A DNA stretch of 64,000 bases from an uncultured Polaribacter sp. (GCA_964565055.1 CAZMDC010000011.1:5103-69102), one strand, 5' to 3'; numbered from the stretch's first letter, positions 41,181 to 51,133 are shown. Program-made: numbers and translations. Notes: generated by a model from the sequence alone, not told the origin.

Positions 41181-41357
41181 GTTTTCTAAAATCAATAAAT
41201 TTTTATACTTTTTATTAATTAAGTTTTAATTCAAAAACTTAATATAATTTTTATTTTACGTGTTGATTTTGTATTTATTGTACGTTTTTAGTTTGATATA
41301 AATAGTAAAATAGAAGAAAGGAATGTATTGTAAGTCTTTTACAAAAACTAGCTTATA

Positions 41358-41387
41358 AAAAAACTCGTTCAATATTTGAACGAGTTT
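41358..41387 (-). terminator. Rho-independent terminator for the TonB-dependent receptor gene (copy B, exact reverse complement of copy A)
   Basis: On the - strand it reads AAACTCGTTCAAATATTGAACGAGTTTTTT, identical to 41151-41180. It lies 23 nt after the stop at 41410. Confidence 0.8.
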
Positions 41388-41409
41388 GATTTGTCTTACA
41401 AAGTATTTT

Positions 41410-43869
41410 TTATCCTTCAAAATCTTCTCCACCATTATCTTCTCTTTCTGTAGTAAATTTCTTTTTTTGTTGATTAAATCTATATACTAAACTTACTCTA
41501 AACTGTGGTTCTCTCCATTGAAATTCTGAGTATTGATCTAAGAATCCTGGAATATTTGTAGTTCTTCTACTAATTCTACTATTAAAAACATCACTAAAAT
41601 TTACACTTAATGAAGCTTTTTCATTAAATAAGTCTTTACTAGCTGCAATATTCATACTAAACACACCCTGACTTTCTGTTTGAGCGTTTTGTGATGGACC
41701 TCTATAGTTGGTATTTATCTGTAAATCAGTTTTGCCTGGTAGAGTTATTTTTTGATTTATTCTGATAAAATATGAAGTGTTTTCAAAATCAAAGCTCTGT
41801 GTTAAATTAGTATTTGGGTTGGTATAATCTCCATCACTTGTAACTCTAAACAAGTTAAAATCGCTATTGATATTCCAAGCCTTGAATGGTCTGTAATTTA
41901 AAGTAAATTCAAAACCTAGTCTTTCTTCTGTTGATAGATTAATTGGAAACCTTCTTGTTATAGGGTCTCCATTATCTGTTATTTCTCCTGTATCTTCTTG
42001 AATTCTCTCCCAGTTATCATTACTAATATTATAATATATTGATGAACTTAATGTGAATTTACTCCATCTTTTTAAATAACCAAAATCAATTGCATCTGTA
42101 ATTACAGGATTTAAATCAACATTACCAGTGTAAATATTTGCTTCACTAGATCTGCTTGGAAAAGGGTTTAAGTTTCTTCCTCTTGGTCTTCTAATTCTTC
42201 TATTATATCCTAAGGTTATATTTTCTCCGTCTTTAAATTCATAGCCAAGATTTAGTGTAGGAAATAAGTTGCCATAACTTCTTTCATCTGTTGTTGTAGA
42301 TGTTTGCTGAACAATTTCTATTGAAGTGTATTCGTAACGTAAACCTGCTAATAATGAAATGTTGTTGAATTTTTGACCATATTGAAAGTAAGCTGCATTT
42401 ACAAATTCTTCATAATTAAAAGAATTATTTAACCCTGCATCAGGAACCAAAGGTCCATCAGGAAAGTTTTGTCTTTCTGCTAAGAAAAAGCTATTAAAAA
42501 TATCTCTATAATTACCTCTATAACCAGCTTCATACTGAATATCTTCACCTACAGGATTTACATAATCTATTTGCAATAATGCTCTATTTTCATCTTGATC
42601 TTCTAGTACTTGCTCTAAATCATTAAGAAGGTTTGCTTGTGTATCTACTTCTGTAATATTATTTAGAATGTCTTCTACTTCTGTTGAGTATTGTAAATTG
42701 ATAGATAATCTTTTTCCTTCATTATCAAAGTTATTTACATAATCTAAAGTGTACTGGATTCTTTCTTCATCTTCGCCTTCACTTTCTGTTCTAAATGTAG
42801 CTTCGTTTATGCTACCATTTGCAGCAAATCTATCAATATCATTTGTATTTACATCATCATCATTTCCACCATTGAAAACAATATTACCAATAATACTAGA
42901 ATTTTCAGTTAAATAATATTCTGCTCCAAAACTTGTAAATATAGATCTACCTAATCTGTCAAATTTTCTTTGCTCTACAACTCTTGCGTTTTGTGCAGTA
43001 GACGTTAAAAAATCTGATTCACTTAAAGAATTTCCTGGTGTTTCATTATATCTAAACCCGGTATTTGTAAATAGATTCCATTTTTTTGTTCTCCAATTTG
43101 CGTTAAAAGCTGTTCCTACTCTTGCAGGATAACCTAAATCTAATTGTAAAGAACCATTAAAACCTGTTAATTTATTTTTTCTTAAGATGATATTTAAAAT
43201 ACCAGCAGTACCTTCTGCATCATATCTTGCAGATGGTGAAGTAATAACTTCTACTTTTTCTATTGCTTCAGCAGGAATTTGTCTTAATGCTTCAGCACCA
43301 TTTAAACCTACTAGAGCACTTGGTCTACCATCAATTAAAATGGTTACATTTTCATTACCCCTTAAACTTACATTACCTTCTACATCTACTTGAACAGAAG
43401 GTACATTTCCTAAAACATCACTTGCATTACCACCTCTTATAGATAAATCTTTACCTATATTAAATACTTTTTTATCCAAACGAATATCTACTGTAGTTTT
43501 TTCTGCAACAATTACCACTTCATCTAAGGCTTTTAAATCTTCAGAAAGTTCAATAGTACCTAGATTTAAGTCTGATGTAATTTTTTTAGCAGGGTATTTT
43601 TTTGACTTAAAAGAAATAAACTCAACACTTATTTCATAAGTGCCTTTAGGAGTTGCAATATCAAATTTACCTTCAATATCTGTAATTCCACCAGAAATTT
43701 TATTAGTTTCTGTGTTTTTAATTACAATGGTTGCGTATTCTAATGCCATTTTTGAAGTAGCATCTATTACTTTACCAGAAATACGTATTTCGTTAGTATT
43801 ATCTTGTTGTGCATTTAAAGCAAAACCAGTAAAAAATAAACTAAACAGTAAAATTATTTTTTTAGTCAA
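41410..43869 (-). CDS. TonB-dependent receptor / outer-membrane beta-barrel protein with an N-terminal CarboxypepD_reg domain
   Basis: Signal peptide, ISGKVIDATSKMALEYATIVIKN (CarboxypepD_reg), a plug region (VEVITSPSARYDAEGTAGILNIIL) and a long beta-barrel. No SusD partner is adjacent. Confidence 0.88.
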   Translation of the reverse strand: MTKKIILLFSLFFTGFALNAQQDNTNEIRISGKVIDATSKMALEYATIVIKNTETNKISGGITDIEGKFDIATPKGTYEISVEFISFKSKKYPAKKITSDLNLGTIELSEDLKALDEVVIVAEKTTVDIRLDKKVFNIGKDLSIRGGNASDVLGNVPSVQVDVEGNVSLRGNENVTILIDGRPSALVGLNGAEALRQIPAEAIEKVEVITSPSARYDAEGTAGILNIILRKNKLTGFNGSLQLDLGYPARVGTAFNANWRTKKWNLFTNTGFRYNETPGNSLSESDFLTSTAQNARVVEQRKFDRLGRSIFTSFGAEYYLTENSSIIGNIVFNGGNDDDVNTNDIDRFAANGSINEATFRTESEGEDEERIQYTLDYVNNFDNEGKRLSINLQYSTEVEDILNNITEVDTQANLLNDLEQVLEDQDENRALLQIDYVNPVGEDIQYEAGYRGNYRDIFNSFFLAERQNFPDGPLVPDAGLNNSFNYEEFVNAAYFQYGQKFNNISLLAGLRYEYTSIEIVQQTSTTTDERSYGNLFPTLNLGYEFKDGENITLGYNRRIRRPRGRNLNPFPSRSSEANIYTGNVDLNPVITDAIDFGYLKRWSKFTLSSSIYYNISNDNWERIQEDTGEITDNGDPITRRFPINLSTEERLGFEFTLNYRPFKAWNINSDFNLFRVTSDGDYTNPNTNLTQSFDFENTSYFIRINQKITLPGKTDLQINTNYRGPSQNAQTESQGVFSMNIAASKDLFNEKASLSVNFSDVFNSRISRRTTNIPGFLDQYSEFQWREPQFRVSLVYRFNQQKKKFTTEREDNGGEDFEG

Positions 43870-43959
43870 AACTTCTTTTTTTAGATTAGATTACAAAGGT
43901 TTATTTTCTAATCGTTTAAAGCAGTTAAAAAAAAGTTAAACAACTTAAAGGGTGCTTAT

Positions 43960-44301
43960 TTAGATAATTTCTAAAATAGTTGATGGTGGTCTGCCAACCA
44001 CAGCCTTGTCTTTATTTATAACAATAGGCCTTTCAATAAGCTTAGGGTTGGCTAACATTGCAGTAATAATTGCATCATCAGTTAATTTTTTTCCTTTATA
44101 GTTTTCTTTCCAAATTTTTTCATTAGTTCTTACTAATTCTAAAGGAGTTATGTTTAATGATTTGATGATATCTAATAGTTCTTTCTTAGAAGGTATATTG
44201 TCTAAATATTTTACAATTTCAAAATCTTTACCAGAGTTTTCTAAAATTTGTAAACCTTCTCTAGATTTTCTACAACGTGGATTGTGATATATTTTTATCA
44301 T
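43960..44301 (-). CDS. ArsC/Spx/MgsR family thioredoxin-fold protein
   Basis: MIKIYHNPRCRKSR N-terminal Cys motif and LIERPIV near the C-terminus. 113 aa. Confidence 0.8.
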   Translation of the reverse strand: MIKIYHNPRCRKSREGLQILENSGKDFEIVKYLDNIPSKKELLDIIKSLNITPLELVRTNEKIWKENYKGKKLTDDAIITAMLANPKLIERPIVINKDKAVVGRPPSTILEII

Positions 44302-44321
44302 TATATAAAGTGCTTTTTTTA

Positions 44322-45425
44322 TTAATTGTCTTTCTGTCCATTTAACATTAAATATGCTTTTAAAAATGAATTGATATTACCATCCATAACAGCATCAACA
44401 TTACCAGTTTCGTGAGCAGTTCTAACATCTTTAACTAATTTATAAGGGTGCATAACATAATTACGTATTTGACTTCCCCATTCATTTTTCATTTTGTTAG
44501 CTTCAATATCATCTCTAGCTGCTTGTTGTTTTTGCAACTCTATTTCATACAATTGCGACTTTAACATTTGCATTGCTGTAGCTCTATTATCATGCTGAGA
44601 ACGTGAGTTAGAACATGAAATTTGAATTCCACTTGGTTTATGCGTTAATTGTACCTTAGTTTCAACTTTATTCACATTTTGTCCTCCAGCTCCACTAGAT
44701 CTTGCAGTGGTAATTTCTATATCTGCAGGATTAATATCTATTTCTATAGAATCATCTGCAACAGGATACACATAAACAGAAGCAAAACTTGTATGACGTT
44801 TTGCATTCGAATCAAAAGGAGAAATACGCACCAATCTGTGTACACCATTTTCTCCTTTCAACCAGCCAAAAGCATAATCGCCATTAACTTCAACAGTAAC
44901 TGTTTTTATTCCAGCAGCATCACCTGCTTGATAATTGAGTGTTTTTAGCTTAAAACCCTGTTTTTCTGCCCACATTGTGTACATTCTAAACAACATTTCT
45001 GCCCAATCACAACTTTCTGTACCTCCAGCTCCAGCCGTAATTTGTATAACTGCAGATAAAGAATCACCTTCTTCAGAAAGCATATTTTTAAATTCAATAT
45101 CTTCCAATAAAGTCATTGTTTTTTCAAACTGATTTTCTACGTCTTTTTCTTCTGCTTCGCCTTCTTTGTAAAAATCATAAAACACATTTAAATCTTCATT
45201 AAGCTGAATGATTTTGTTATAATCTGAAACCCAGTTTTTCTTAAAACGCAATTCTTTCATTACATTTTCTGCAGCTTTTGGATCGTTCCAAAAATCAGGA
45301 TTTGCAGTTTTTTCTTCTTCATTTGCTATTTCAATCAGTTTTTTATCAATCTCTAAATAAGATTTTAACTTTTCAATTCTTGTAGCAATATCTTTAAGTT
45401 GGTCTTGTGTAATCATAAGCATCAC
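44322..45425 (-). CDS. prfB: Peptide chain release factor 2, encoded as one uninterrupted ORF
   Basis: SPF tripeptide (RISPFDS), GGQ motif ([10 protein letters not shown]) and ~365-aa length. No internal TGA frameshift site. Confidence 0.95.
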   Translation of the reverse strand: MMLMITQDQLKDIATRIEKLKSYLEIDKKLIEIANEEEKTANPDFWNDPKAAENVMKELRFKKNWVSDYNKIIQLNEDLNVFYDFYKEGEAEEKDVENQFEKTMTLLEDIEFKNMLSEEGDSLSAVIQITAGAGGTESCDWAEMLFRMYTMWAEKQGFKLKTLNYQAGDAAGIKTVTVEVNGDYAFGWLKGENGVHRLVRISPFDSNAKRHTSFASVYVYPVADDSIEIDINPADIEITTARSSGAGGQNVNKVETKVQLTHKPSGIQISCSNSRSQHDNRATAMQMLKSQLYEIELQKQQAARDDIEANKMKNEWGSQIRNYVMHPYKLVKDVRTAHETGNVDAVMDGNINSFLKAYLMLNGQKDN

Positions 45426-45484
45426 AAAAATAAATGAAATTTTAAGACTTATTGTTTATAAAATGATTCTTATTTTATAGTTTT

Positions 45485-47917
45485 ATGCAAAATACAATCC
45501 ATATGAAAAAATTACTATTTATTTTACTTTTTTTGTTCACGAGTTCAATTGGTTTTTCTCAATTTTTTATTGAAAAATCTGGTAAAAATTTAAAAGAAGG
45601 CATTACAAAACACGAAGGTTATTTTACTTTTTATTATGATTCAACTAAAGACAAAATCTTTTTAGAAATCGAAAACTTAAATAAAGATTTTTTATATGTA
45701 CGTTCACTTTCGGAAGGTGTAGGTTCTAATGATATTGGTTTAGATAGAGGACAATTAGGAGGAGGAGTAGTTGTTCATTTTAAAAAAATGGCCAATAAAA
45801 TCTTGTTGGTGCAACCTAATCAAGATTACAGAGCAATTACTGATAATGCTGAAGAAAAAAACTCGGTAAAAGAAGCTTTTGCTAAATCTGTATTACATGG
45901 TTTTGAAATTGTAGAAACTAAGAAGAATGTATTTTTAGTTGATGCAACTTCATTTTTTATGAGAGATGCACATGGTGTTGCCAGAACTTTAGCAAGAAAT
46001 AATCAAGGAAATTATAGTTTAGATAAAAGTAGAAGTGCTTTTCATATGGATAGAACTAAAGCATTTCCTAAAAATGTAGAGTTTGATGTAATGTTGACTT
46101 TTAAAGGAACTCCAAAAGGTTATAATATAATGAGTGTAACTCCAGATGCAAGTGCTGTAACTGTGCATCAACATCATTCTTTTGTAGAATTACCAGACAA
46201 TAATTATACACCAAGAGTATTTGATCCAAGATCTGGATCTTATCAAATGAGTTATTTAGATTATTCAACACCTGTAAATGAGTCTATTACAAAACGATTT
46301 ATCTATAGACACAGATTAGAGAAGAAAAATCCAAATGCAGTTATATCAGAAGCAAAAGAACCTATTATTTATTATTTAGATAGAGGAACTCCTGAACCTG
46401 TAAGAAGTGCATTGTTAGATGGAGGTCGTTGGTGGAATCAAGCTTTTGAAGCTGCTGGTTATAAGAATGCATTTCAATTTAAAATGTTACCTGAAGGTGC
46501 AGATATGTTAGATGTTCGTTACAATGTTGTACAATGGGTGCATAGATCTACTAGAGGCTGGAGTTATGGAGCAAATATCTCTGATCCAAGAACAGGAGAA
46601 ATTATTAAAGGACATGTAAGTTTAGGAAGCTTACGAATTCGTCAAGATTTCTTAATTGCTCAGGCTTTGCAAGCTCCTTACAAGAACAATACAGTTGATG
46701 ATGATTTTGCATTACAAATGGCAATTGCAAGAATTAGACAATTATCTGCTCATGAAATTGGGCACACACTAGGGTTCTCACACAATTTTTCTGCTAGTAC
46801 AAATGGTAGGACTTCTGTGATGGATTATCCTCATCCAAAATTTTCAATAAAAAATGGTAAAATCGATTTTTCGAATGCCTATGATGATAAAATTGGAGCT
46901 TGGGATAAAACAACAGTTGCTTATTCTTACCAAGATTTTCCTAAAGGAGTAAATGAAAAAGAGGCTTTAAATAAAATTTTAGAAGATGCTTATGCAAACG
47001 GATTAAAATACTTATCAGATTCTGATGCAAGACCACAAAGTAGTGCAAGTGCAACTGCACACTTATGGGATAATGGAGAAACTATTTATGATGAATTGAT
47101 AAATCTTTTAGAAGTAAGAAAAAATGCGATTACAAACTTTTCTACAGATAATATTAAAACAGGTCAGCCTTATTCTGTTTTAGAAGACGTATTTGTTCCT
47201 TTATATTTCTTTCATCGTTTTCAAACAGAAGCCACAACAAAATTAATTGGAGGTTTAAACTACTCTTATGCTGTAAAAGGAGGAAATGGAAAAGTTGTTG
47301 AACGTGTTTCTGGAAAAACAGAACGTAAAGCTTTAGCAGCAGTAATTAAAACTATTTCTGTTGATGAAATTGCAATTCCTAAAGAAAAATTAGCACTTTT
47401 TCCACCAAGAGCTATGGGCTATGGAAGAACAAGAGAATCATTCAAAAGTAAATTAGGTGTTGCTTTTGATGGGTTTTCTGCTGTTGAAACAGCTTCTGAA
47501 ATGACGTTAAGTTTGTTGCTAAATCCGCAAAGAATGTCTAGACTTGTAGCACATAAAAGTTTAGACGATTCACAATTAGGTTTTGATGAGTTGCTTGATA
47601 TTGTAATCATGAATACCATTAAAATCAATCATAAAGATACATATCATCAAGAGTTACAAAATGTGATAAATATTCAGTTTTTAGAAGAGTTAATGTATGT
47701 TGCTGCTTATAAAAATCAATACAAACAAGTAAATGCAATCGCTCTTTTTAAGTTGAATGAAATTAAAGAAATCATTGAAAAGAAAAAATCCGATGGAATC
47801 CAGAAAATATACGATTCATCTATGGTAAATATGATTGATAAATTTTTGAAAAACCCAATAGCATTTAAAAGAACTTCAGCACCAAAAATTCCAGACGGTT
47901 CACCAATTGGAAACTAA
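45485..47917 (+). CDS. Secreted zinc-dependent metalloprotease (large DUF5117/DUF4953-type; start probably MKKLLF at 45503)
   Basis: Signal peptide and an HExxH zinc site embedded in AHEIGHTLGFSHNF, followed by MDYP. The ~800-aa architecture is typical of this Bacteroidota family (family name from memory). Confidence 0.75.
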   Translation: MQNTIHMKKLLFILLFLFTSSIGFSQFFIEKSGKNLKEGITKHEGYFTFYYDSTKDKIFLEIENLNKDFLYVRSLSEGVGSNDIGLDRGQLGGGVVVHFKKMANKILLVQPNQDYRAITDNAEEKNSVKEAFAKSVLHGFEIVETKKNVFLVDATSFFMRDAHGVARTLARNNQGNYSLDKSRSAFHMDRTKAFPKNVEFDVMLTFKGTPKGYNIMSVTPDASAVTVHQHHSFVELPDNNYTPRVFDPRSGSYQMSYLDYSTPVNESITKRFIYRHRLEKKNPNAVISEAKEPIIYYLDRGTPEPVRSALLDGGRWWNQAFEAAGYKNAFQFKMLPEGADMLDVRYNVVQWVHRSTRGWSYGANISDPRTGEIIKGHVSLGSLRIRQDFLIAQALQAPYKNNTVDDDFALQMAIARIRQLSAHEIGHTLGFSHNFSASTNGRTSVMDYPHPKFSIKNGKIDFSNAYDDKIGAWDKTTVAYSYQDFPKGVNEKEALNKILEDAYANGLKYLSDSDARPQSSASATAHLWDNGETIYDELINLLEVRKNAITNFSTDNIKTGQPYSVLEDVFVPLYFFHRFQTEATTKLIGGLNYSYAVKGGNGKVVERVSGKTERKALAAVIKTISVDEIAIPKEKLALFPPRAMGYGRTRESFKSKLGVAFDGFSAVETASEMTLSLLLNPQRMSRLVAHKSLDDSQLGFDELLDIVIMNTIKINHKDTYHQELQNVINIQFLEELMYVAAYKNQYKQVNAIALFKLNEIKEIIEKKKSDGIQKIYDSSMVNMIDKFLKNPIAFKRTSAPKIPDGSPIGN

Positions 47918-47937
47918 ATTAAAATCAGAAATTAAGA

Positions 47938-48957
47938 ATGACAATAGATTTAATATCAGATACAGTAACAAAGCCAACGAAAGGAATGTTGGAAGCTATG
48001 ATGAATGCAAATGTTGGTGATGATGTTTTTCAAATGGATCCAACAGTAAATGCTTTACAAGAAAAAGTAGCCAAAATGTTTGATATGGAAGCTGCTTTAT
48101 TTTTTCCTTCTGGAACTATGGCAAATCAGACTGCAATTAAACTGCATACACAGCCAGGAGATTTAGTAATCTGTGACAAATATGCTCATATTTATAATTA
48201 TGAAAGTGGAGGAGTAGCTTTTAATTCTGGGGTTACTTGCAAGTTGATTGATGGTAATAGAGGTATGTTTACAGCAAGTCAAATAGAAGATGTTGCAGCA
48301 GTAAAACCTCAAATTTATTTACCACTTACAAAGTTAATTTGTTTGGAAAATACTACAAATAAAGGAGGTGGAGCTTGTTGGGATTTTGAAGAAATTAAAA
48401 AAATACATACTGTTGCTAAAAAAAATAACTTAGGCTTTCATTTAGATGGAGCACGTTTATTTAATGCTTTAGTTGCAAAAAATGAAACACCAAAACAATA
48501 TGGAGAATTATTCGATTCTATTTCGATATGTTTCTCTAAAGGCCTTGGAGCTCCTGTTGGTTCAATGTTAATTGGTTCGAAATCATTTATAGAAAAAGCT
48601 TTAAGAATTCGTAAATTATTAGGAGGTGGAATGAGACAAGTTGGTTTTTTAGCTGCTTCTGCAAATTATGCCTTAGACAATCATGTAGAAAGATTGGCAG
48701 AAGACCATAGAAAAGCAAAGGAGATTGCAACAGTTTTAAGTAAATGCAACTACATCACCAAAATTGAACCTGTAGAAACTAACATTTTAATATTCTATGT
48801 AGATAAAAAAATTGGAGATGACAATTTCATCAACAAAATGAAAGAAAAGAATATTTTATTAACACCAATGGGTGAAGGTAAAATACGTATTGTTACACAT
48901 TTAAATTACACAGATGAAATGCATGATATTTTACTAAAAGAATTGGTGAATTTTTAG
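47938..48957 (+). CDS. Low-specificity L-threonine aldolase (PLP-dependent, GntG/LtaE family)
   Basis: SDTVTKPT, GDDV, GTMANQ and the PLP-Lys motif FSKGLGAPVGS. Confidence 0.88.
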   Translation: MTIDLISDTVTKPTKGMLEAMMNANVGDDVFQMDPTVNALQEKVAKMFDMEAALFFPSGTMANQTAIKLHTQPGDLVICDKYAHIYNYESGGVAFNSGVTCKLIDGNRGMFTASQIEDVAAVKPQIYLPLTKLICLENTTNKGGGACWDFEEIKKIHTVAKKNNLGFHLDGARLFNALVAKNETPKQYGELFDSISICFSKGLGAPVGSMLIGSKSFIEKALRIRKLLGGGMRQVGFLAASANYALDNHVERLAEDHRKAKEIATVLSKCNYITKIEPVETNILIFYVDKKIGDDNFINKMKEKNILLTPMGEGKIRIVTHLNYTDEMHDILLKELVNF

Positions 48958-48967
48958 AAATATATTT

Positions 48968-49585
48968 TTATGATTTATCTAACTTAATTAACTCTTTATA
49001 ATTTTTGTTTAGTTTCTTTAATAATATTCCATAAATTAATTGGTAAAATAACCAAATAATACCTAAAAAGATACACATAAAAGTAATAGTTAAGAAAACT
49101 GTTAATAATAGTTGTTTGTTACTTAAAGCGTCAAATTTTGTATTATTACCAATAGAAGCAATAATTACAACTATTGTTATTAAAGCAATATAACCTAAAT
49201 TAAAGAAGACATAATTTCTAACCGTTTTTCTTGTTTTAAGAATTTTCTTCATTAAAATTTTGGTAGAATCAATTGTTGAAATTCTTTTATAATTTAAATA
49301 AAATTTCACCAAAAAATATATAATTACTGGGTAAACAGCAACTTCTATGTAAAACAAAAAATTAGCTAAACCAAGTTTTTCATATTCTTTGTAAGCTTCA
49401 TCCATATCAACAAAAAAGTACAAAGAGTTTAAAATTAAAAACTCTAAAATACCAATAATAAAAATCCATTTTACAATAGATGATGATTTTGAATGTGCTA
49501 AGTTGTAAATTTCTTTACTACTTAACTTGCTTGATTCTTCAGGTTGATTACCCCAAGCTTTTTTATATTTATCTAATACATCCAT
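48968..49585 (-). CDS. 4-TM membrane protein translationally coupled to the ECF sigma factor; candidate anti-sigma factor
   Basis: Its start lies 3 nt after the sigma gene stop. It has a cytoplasmic N-terminal ~35 aa followed by 4 TM helices. I recognise no family. Confidence 0.4.
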   Translation of the reverse strand: MDVLDKYKKAWGNQPEESSKLSSKEIYNLAHSKSSSIVKWIFIIGILEFLILNSLYFFVDMDEAYKEYEKLGLANFLFYIEVAVYPVIIYFLVKFYLNYKRISTIDSTKILMKKILKTRKTVRNYVFFNLGYIALITIVVIIASIGNNTKFDALSNKQLLLTVFLTITFMCIFLGIIWLFYQLIYGILLKKLNKNYKELIKLDKS

Positions 49586-49588
49586 AAC

Positions 49589-50083
49589 TTATGGGTTTAG
49601 TATGTTCTTTAATTTTTCTTTTGCTCTATTCATTTTTACTCTAGCATTTACAGAAGTTATCCCTAATGTTTCAGATATTTCTTTGTAAGGTTTGTCTTCT
49701 AGATATAAAAAAATAAGTGCTTTATCAATATCATTCAACTGGTGAATGGCTTTATATAGTGCTTTTAATTGTAACTCTTCTGTATCATCGTAATCACTAG
49801 ATTTAATTTTGTACTCAAAATCAGAAATATCTTGAGTTTTAACTCTTCTAGTTGATTTTCTGTATAAAGAGATTGCAGTATTTAAAGCAACTCTATACAT
49901 CCATGTTGTAAACTTAGAGTCACCTCTAAACTTCTCATAGTTTTTCCAGAGCTGTATTGTTATTTCTTGAAACAAATCATTATGAGCTTCTTGGTTTGTA
50001 GTATATATTCTACAAATTTTGTGTGCTATATTTTGGTTTGCTTCAAAGTCTAATAAAAATTTAGTTTCTAAATTCTTCTGCAC
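49589..50083 (-). CDS. ECF-type RNA polymerase sigma-70 family factor
   Basis: Region 2 (DLFQEITIQLWKNYEKFRGDSKFTTWMYRVALNTAISLYR) and region 4 HTH (YKEISETLGITSVNARVKMNRAKEKL). 164 aa. Confidence 0.9.
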   Translation of the reverse strand: MQKNLETKFLLDFEANQNIAHKICRIYTTNQEAHNDLFQEITIQLWKNYEKFRGDSKFTTWMYRVALNTAISLYRKSTRRVKTQDISDFEYKIKSSDYDDTEELQLKALYKAIHQLNDIDKALIFLYLEDKPYKEISETLGITSVNARVKMNRAKEKLKNILNP

Positions 50084-50173
50084 TTTAAAATTTTAGTTAG
50101 TTATATATAAGTAGCTTTAAGATTGATTATGTTACATTTTTCACAAAAATATATTCGTATCGACTTTTTTTTG

Positions 50174-50181
50174 TAGATTTG
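50174..50181 (+). promoter_or_regulatory. Bacteroidota-type -7 promoter box TAGATTTG (TAnnTTTG) for the MerR-family gene
   Basis: Exact match to the TAnnTTTG consensus, ending 21 nt upstream of the TTG start at 50203. A mirror box TATTTTTG lies on the - strand at 50143-50150 for the sigma gene. Confidence 0.35.
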
Positions 50182-50202
50182 TTTAACTTAAAATGGTGAA
50201 AA

Positions 50203-51096
50203 TTGAACAATATTAAACAGGATTTTACGATTAAAGACCTTGAAAATATTTCAGGTATAAAAGCGCATACCATTAGAATTTGGGAAAAAAGGTATAATTT
50301 ATTACAACCAAAAAGAACTGAAACAAATATAAGGTATTACTCACAAGAAAATTTAACGAAGCTTTTAAACATAGCACTATTAAACAAAAACAGCTTTAAA
50401 ATTTCTAAAATTGCAGCCATGTCAGATGATGATATCATATCAAAATCTAGAGAATTGGCCTTTAGTGTTGCTGCAAATGATGAGGCAATTAACTCATTTA
50501 AAGTTGCTATGTTTCAATTTGATAAAATATTGTTTAATAATACTTATTACAAATTGTTACATAAAAAAACCTTTAGAGAAATATTTAAAGATGTATTTAT
50601 TCCCTTTTTAGAGCATATAGGTTTACTTTGGCAAACAGAAACATTATTACCAGCTCATGAACATTTTATCTCTAATTTAATTTCTCAAAAAATTCAGCTT
50701 AACACAGAAAAATTACAATATAGTATCAATAATACTAACAAAACTTATGTATTATTTTTACCTGAAAATGAAATTCATGAACTAGGTTTGTTATATTTAA
50801 ATTACGAATTAGTTTTAAGAGGTTTTCATACCATATATTTAGGTCAAAGTTTACCTTTAAACAATCTTAATTATTTTTTAGAAGGTAATAGAGAAATTTG
50901 CTTTATAACTTCATTAACTATTCAACCTTATGATGATAAAATTGAGGATTATTTTAAAGAAATCTCTGAAGTAATGTTAAATACTAAAAATAATTTTATT
51001 GCTACAGGTAGAAAAGTTAGTAAAATAAATCATCTTGAATTCCCAGAGAACATTAAACTATATGATTCTATTCCAGATTTGTTAAAAGTGTTATAA
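50203..51096 (+). CDS. MerR-family transcriptional regulator with a cobalamin-binding-like C-terminal domain (CarH/LitR-like)
   Basis: MerR HTH (FTIKDLENISGIKAHTIRIWEKRYNLLQPKRTETNIRYYS). The C-terminal half carries ExHxxG (ENEIHELG), then LGQSLP 20 aa later, as in B12-binding Rossmann domains. It heads the crt cluster. Confidence 0.75.
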   Translation: MNNIKQDFTIKDLENISGIKAHTIRIWEKRYNLLQPKRTETNIRYYSQENLTKLLNIALLNKNSFKISKIAAMSDDDIISKSRELAFSVAANDEAINSFKVAMFQFDKILFNNTYYKLLHKKTFREIFKDVFIPFLEHIGLLWQTETLLPAHEHFISNLISQKIQLNTEKLQYSINNTNKTYVLFLPENEIHELGLLYLNYELVLRGFHTIYLGQSLPLNNLNYFLEGNREICFITSLTIQPYDDKIEDYFKEISEVMLNTKNNFIATGRKVSKINHLEFPENIKLYDSIPDLLKVL

Positions 51097-51133
51097 AATT
51101 TTAAAACAATAAATAAAATGTTTAATAAATAAA

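Noticed and set aside
41410-41480. Charged C-terminal extension (NQQKKKFTTEREDNGGEDFEG) after the last beta-strand of the TonB-dependent receptor
   Set aside because: As far as I recall this receptor sub-family commonly carries such tails, so it is not distinctive enough to report.
44649-45132. Two + strand ORFs opposite prfB
   Set aside because: They are antisense to a universally conserved gene with no independent signals. I also searched here for the CTT TGA C frameshift site and it is absent.
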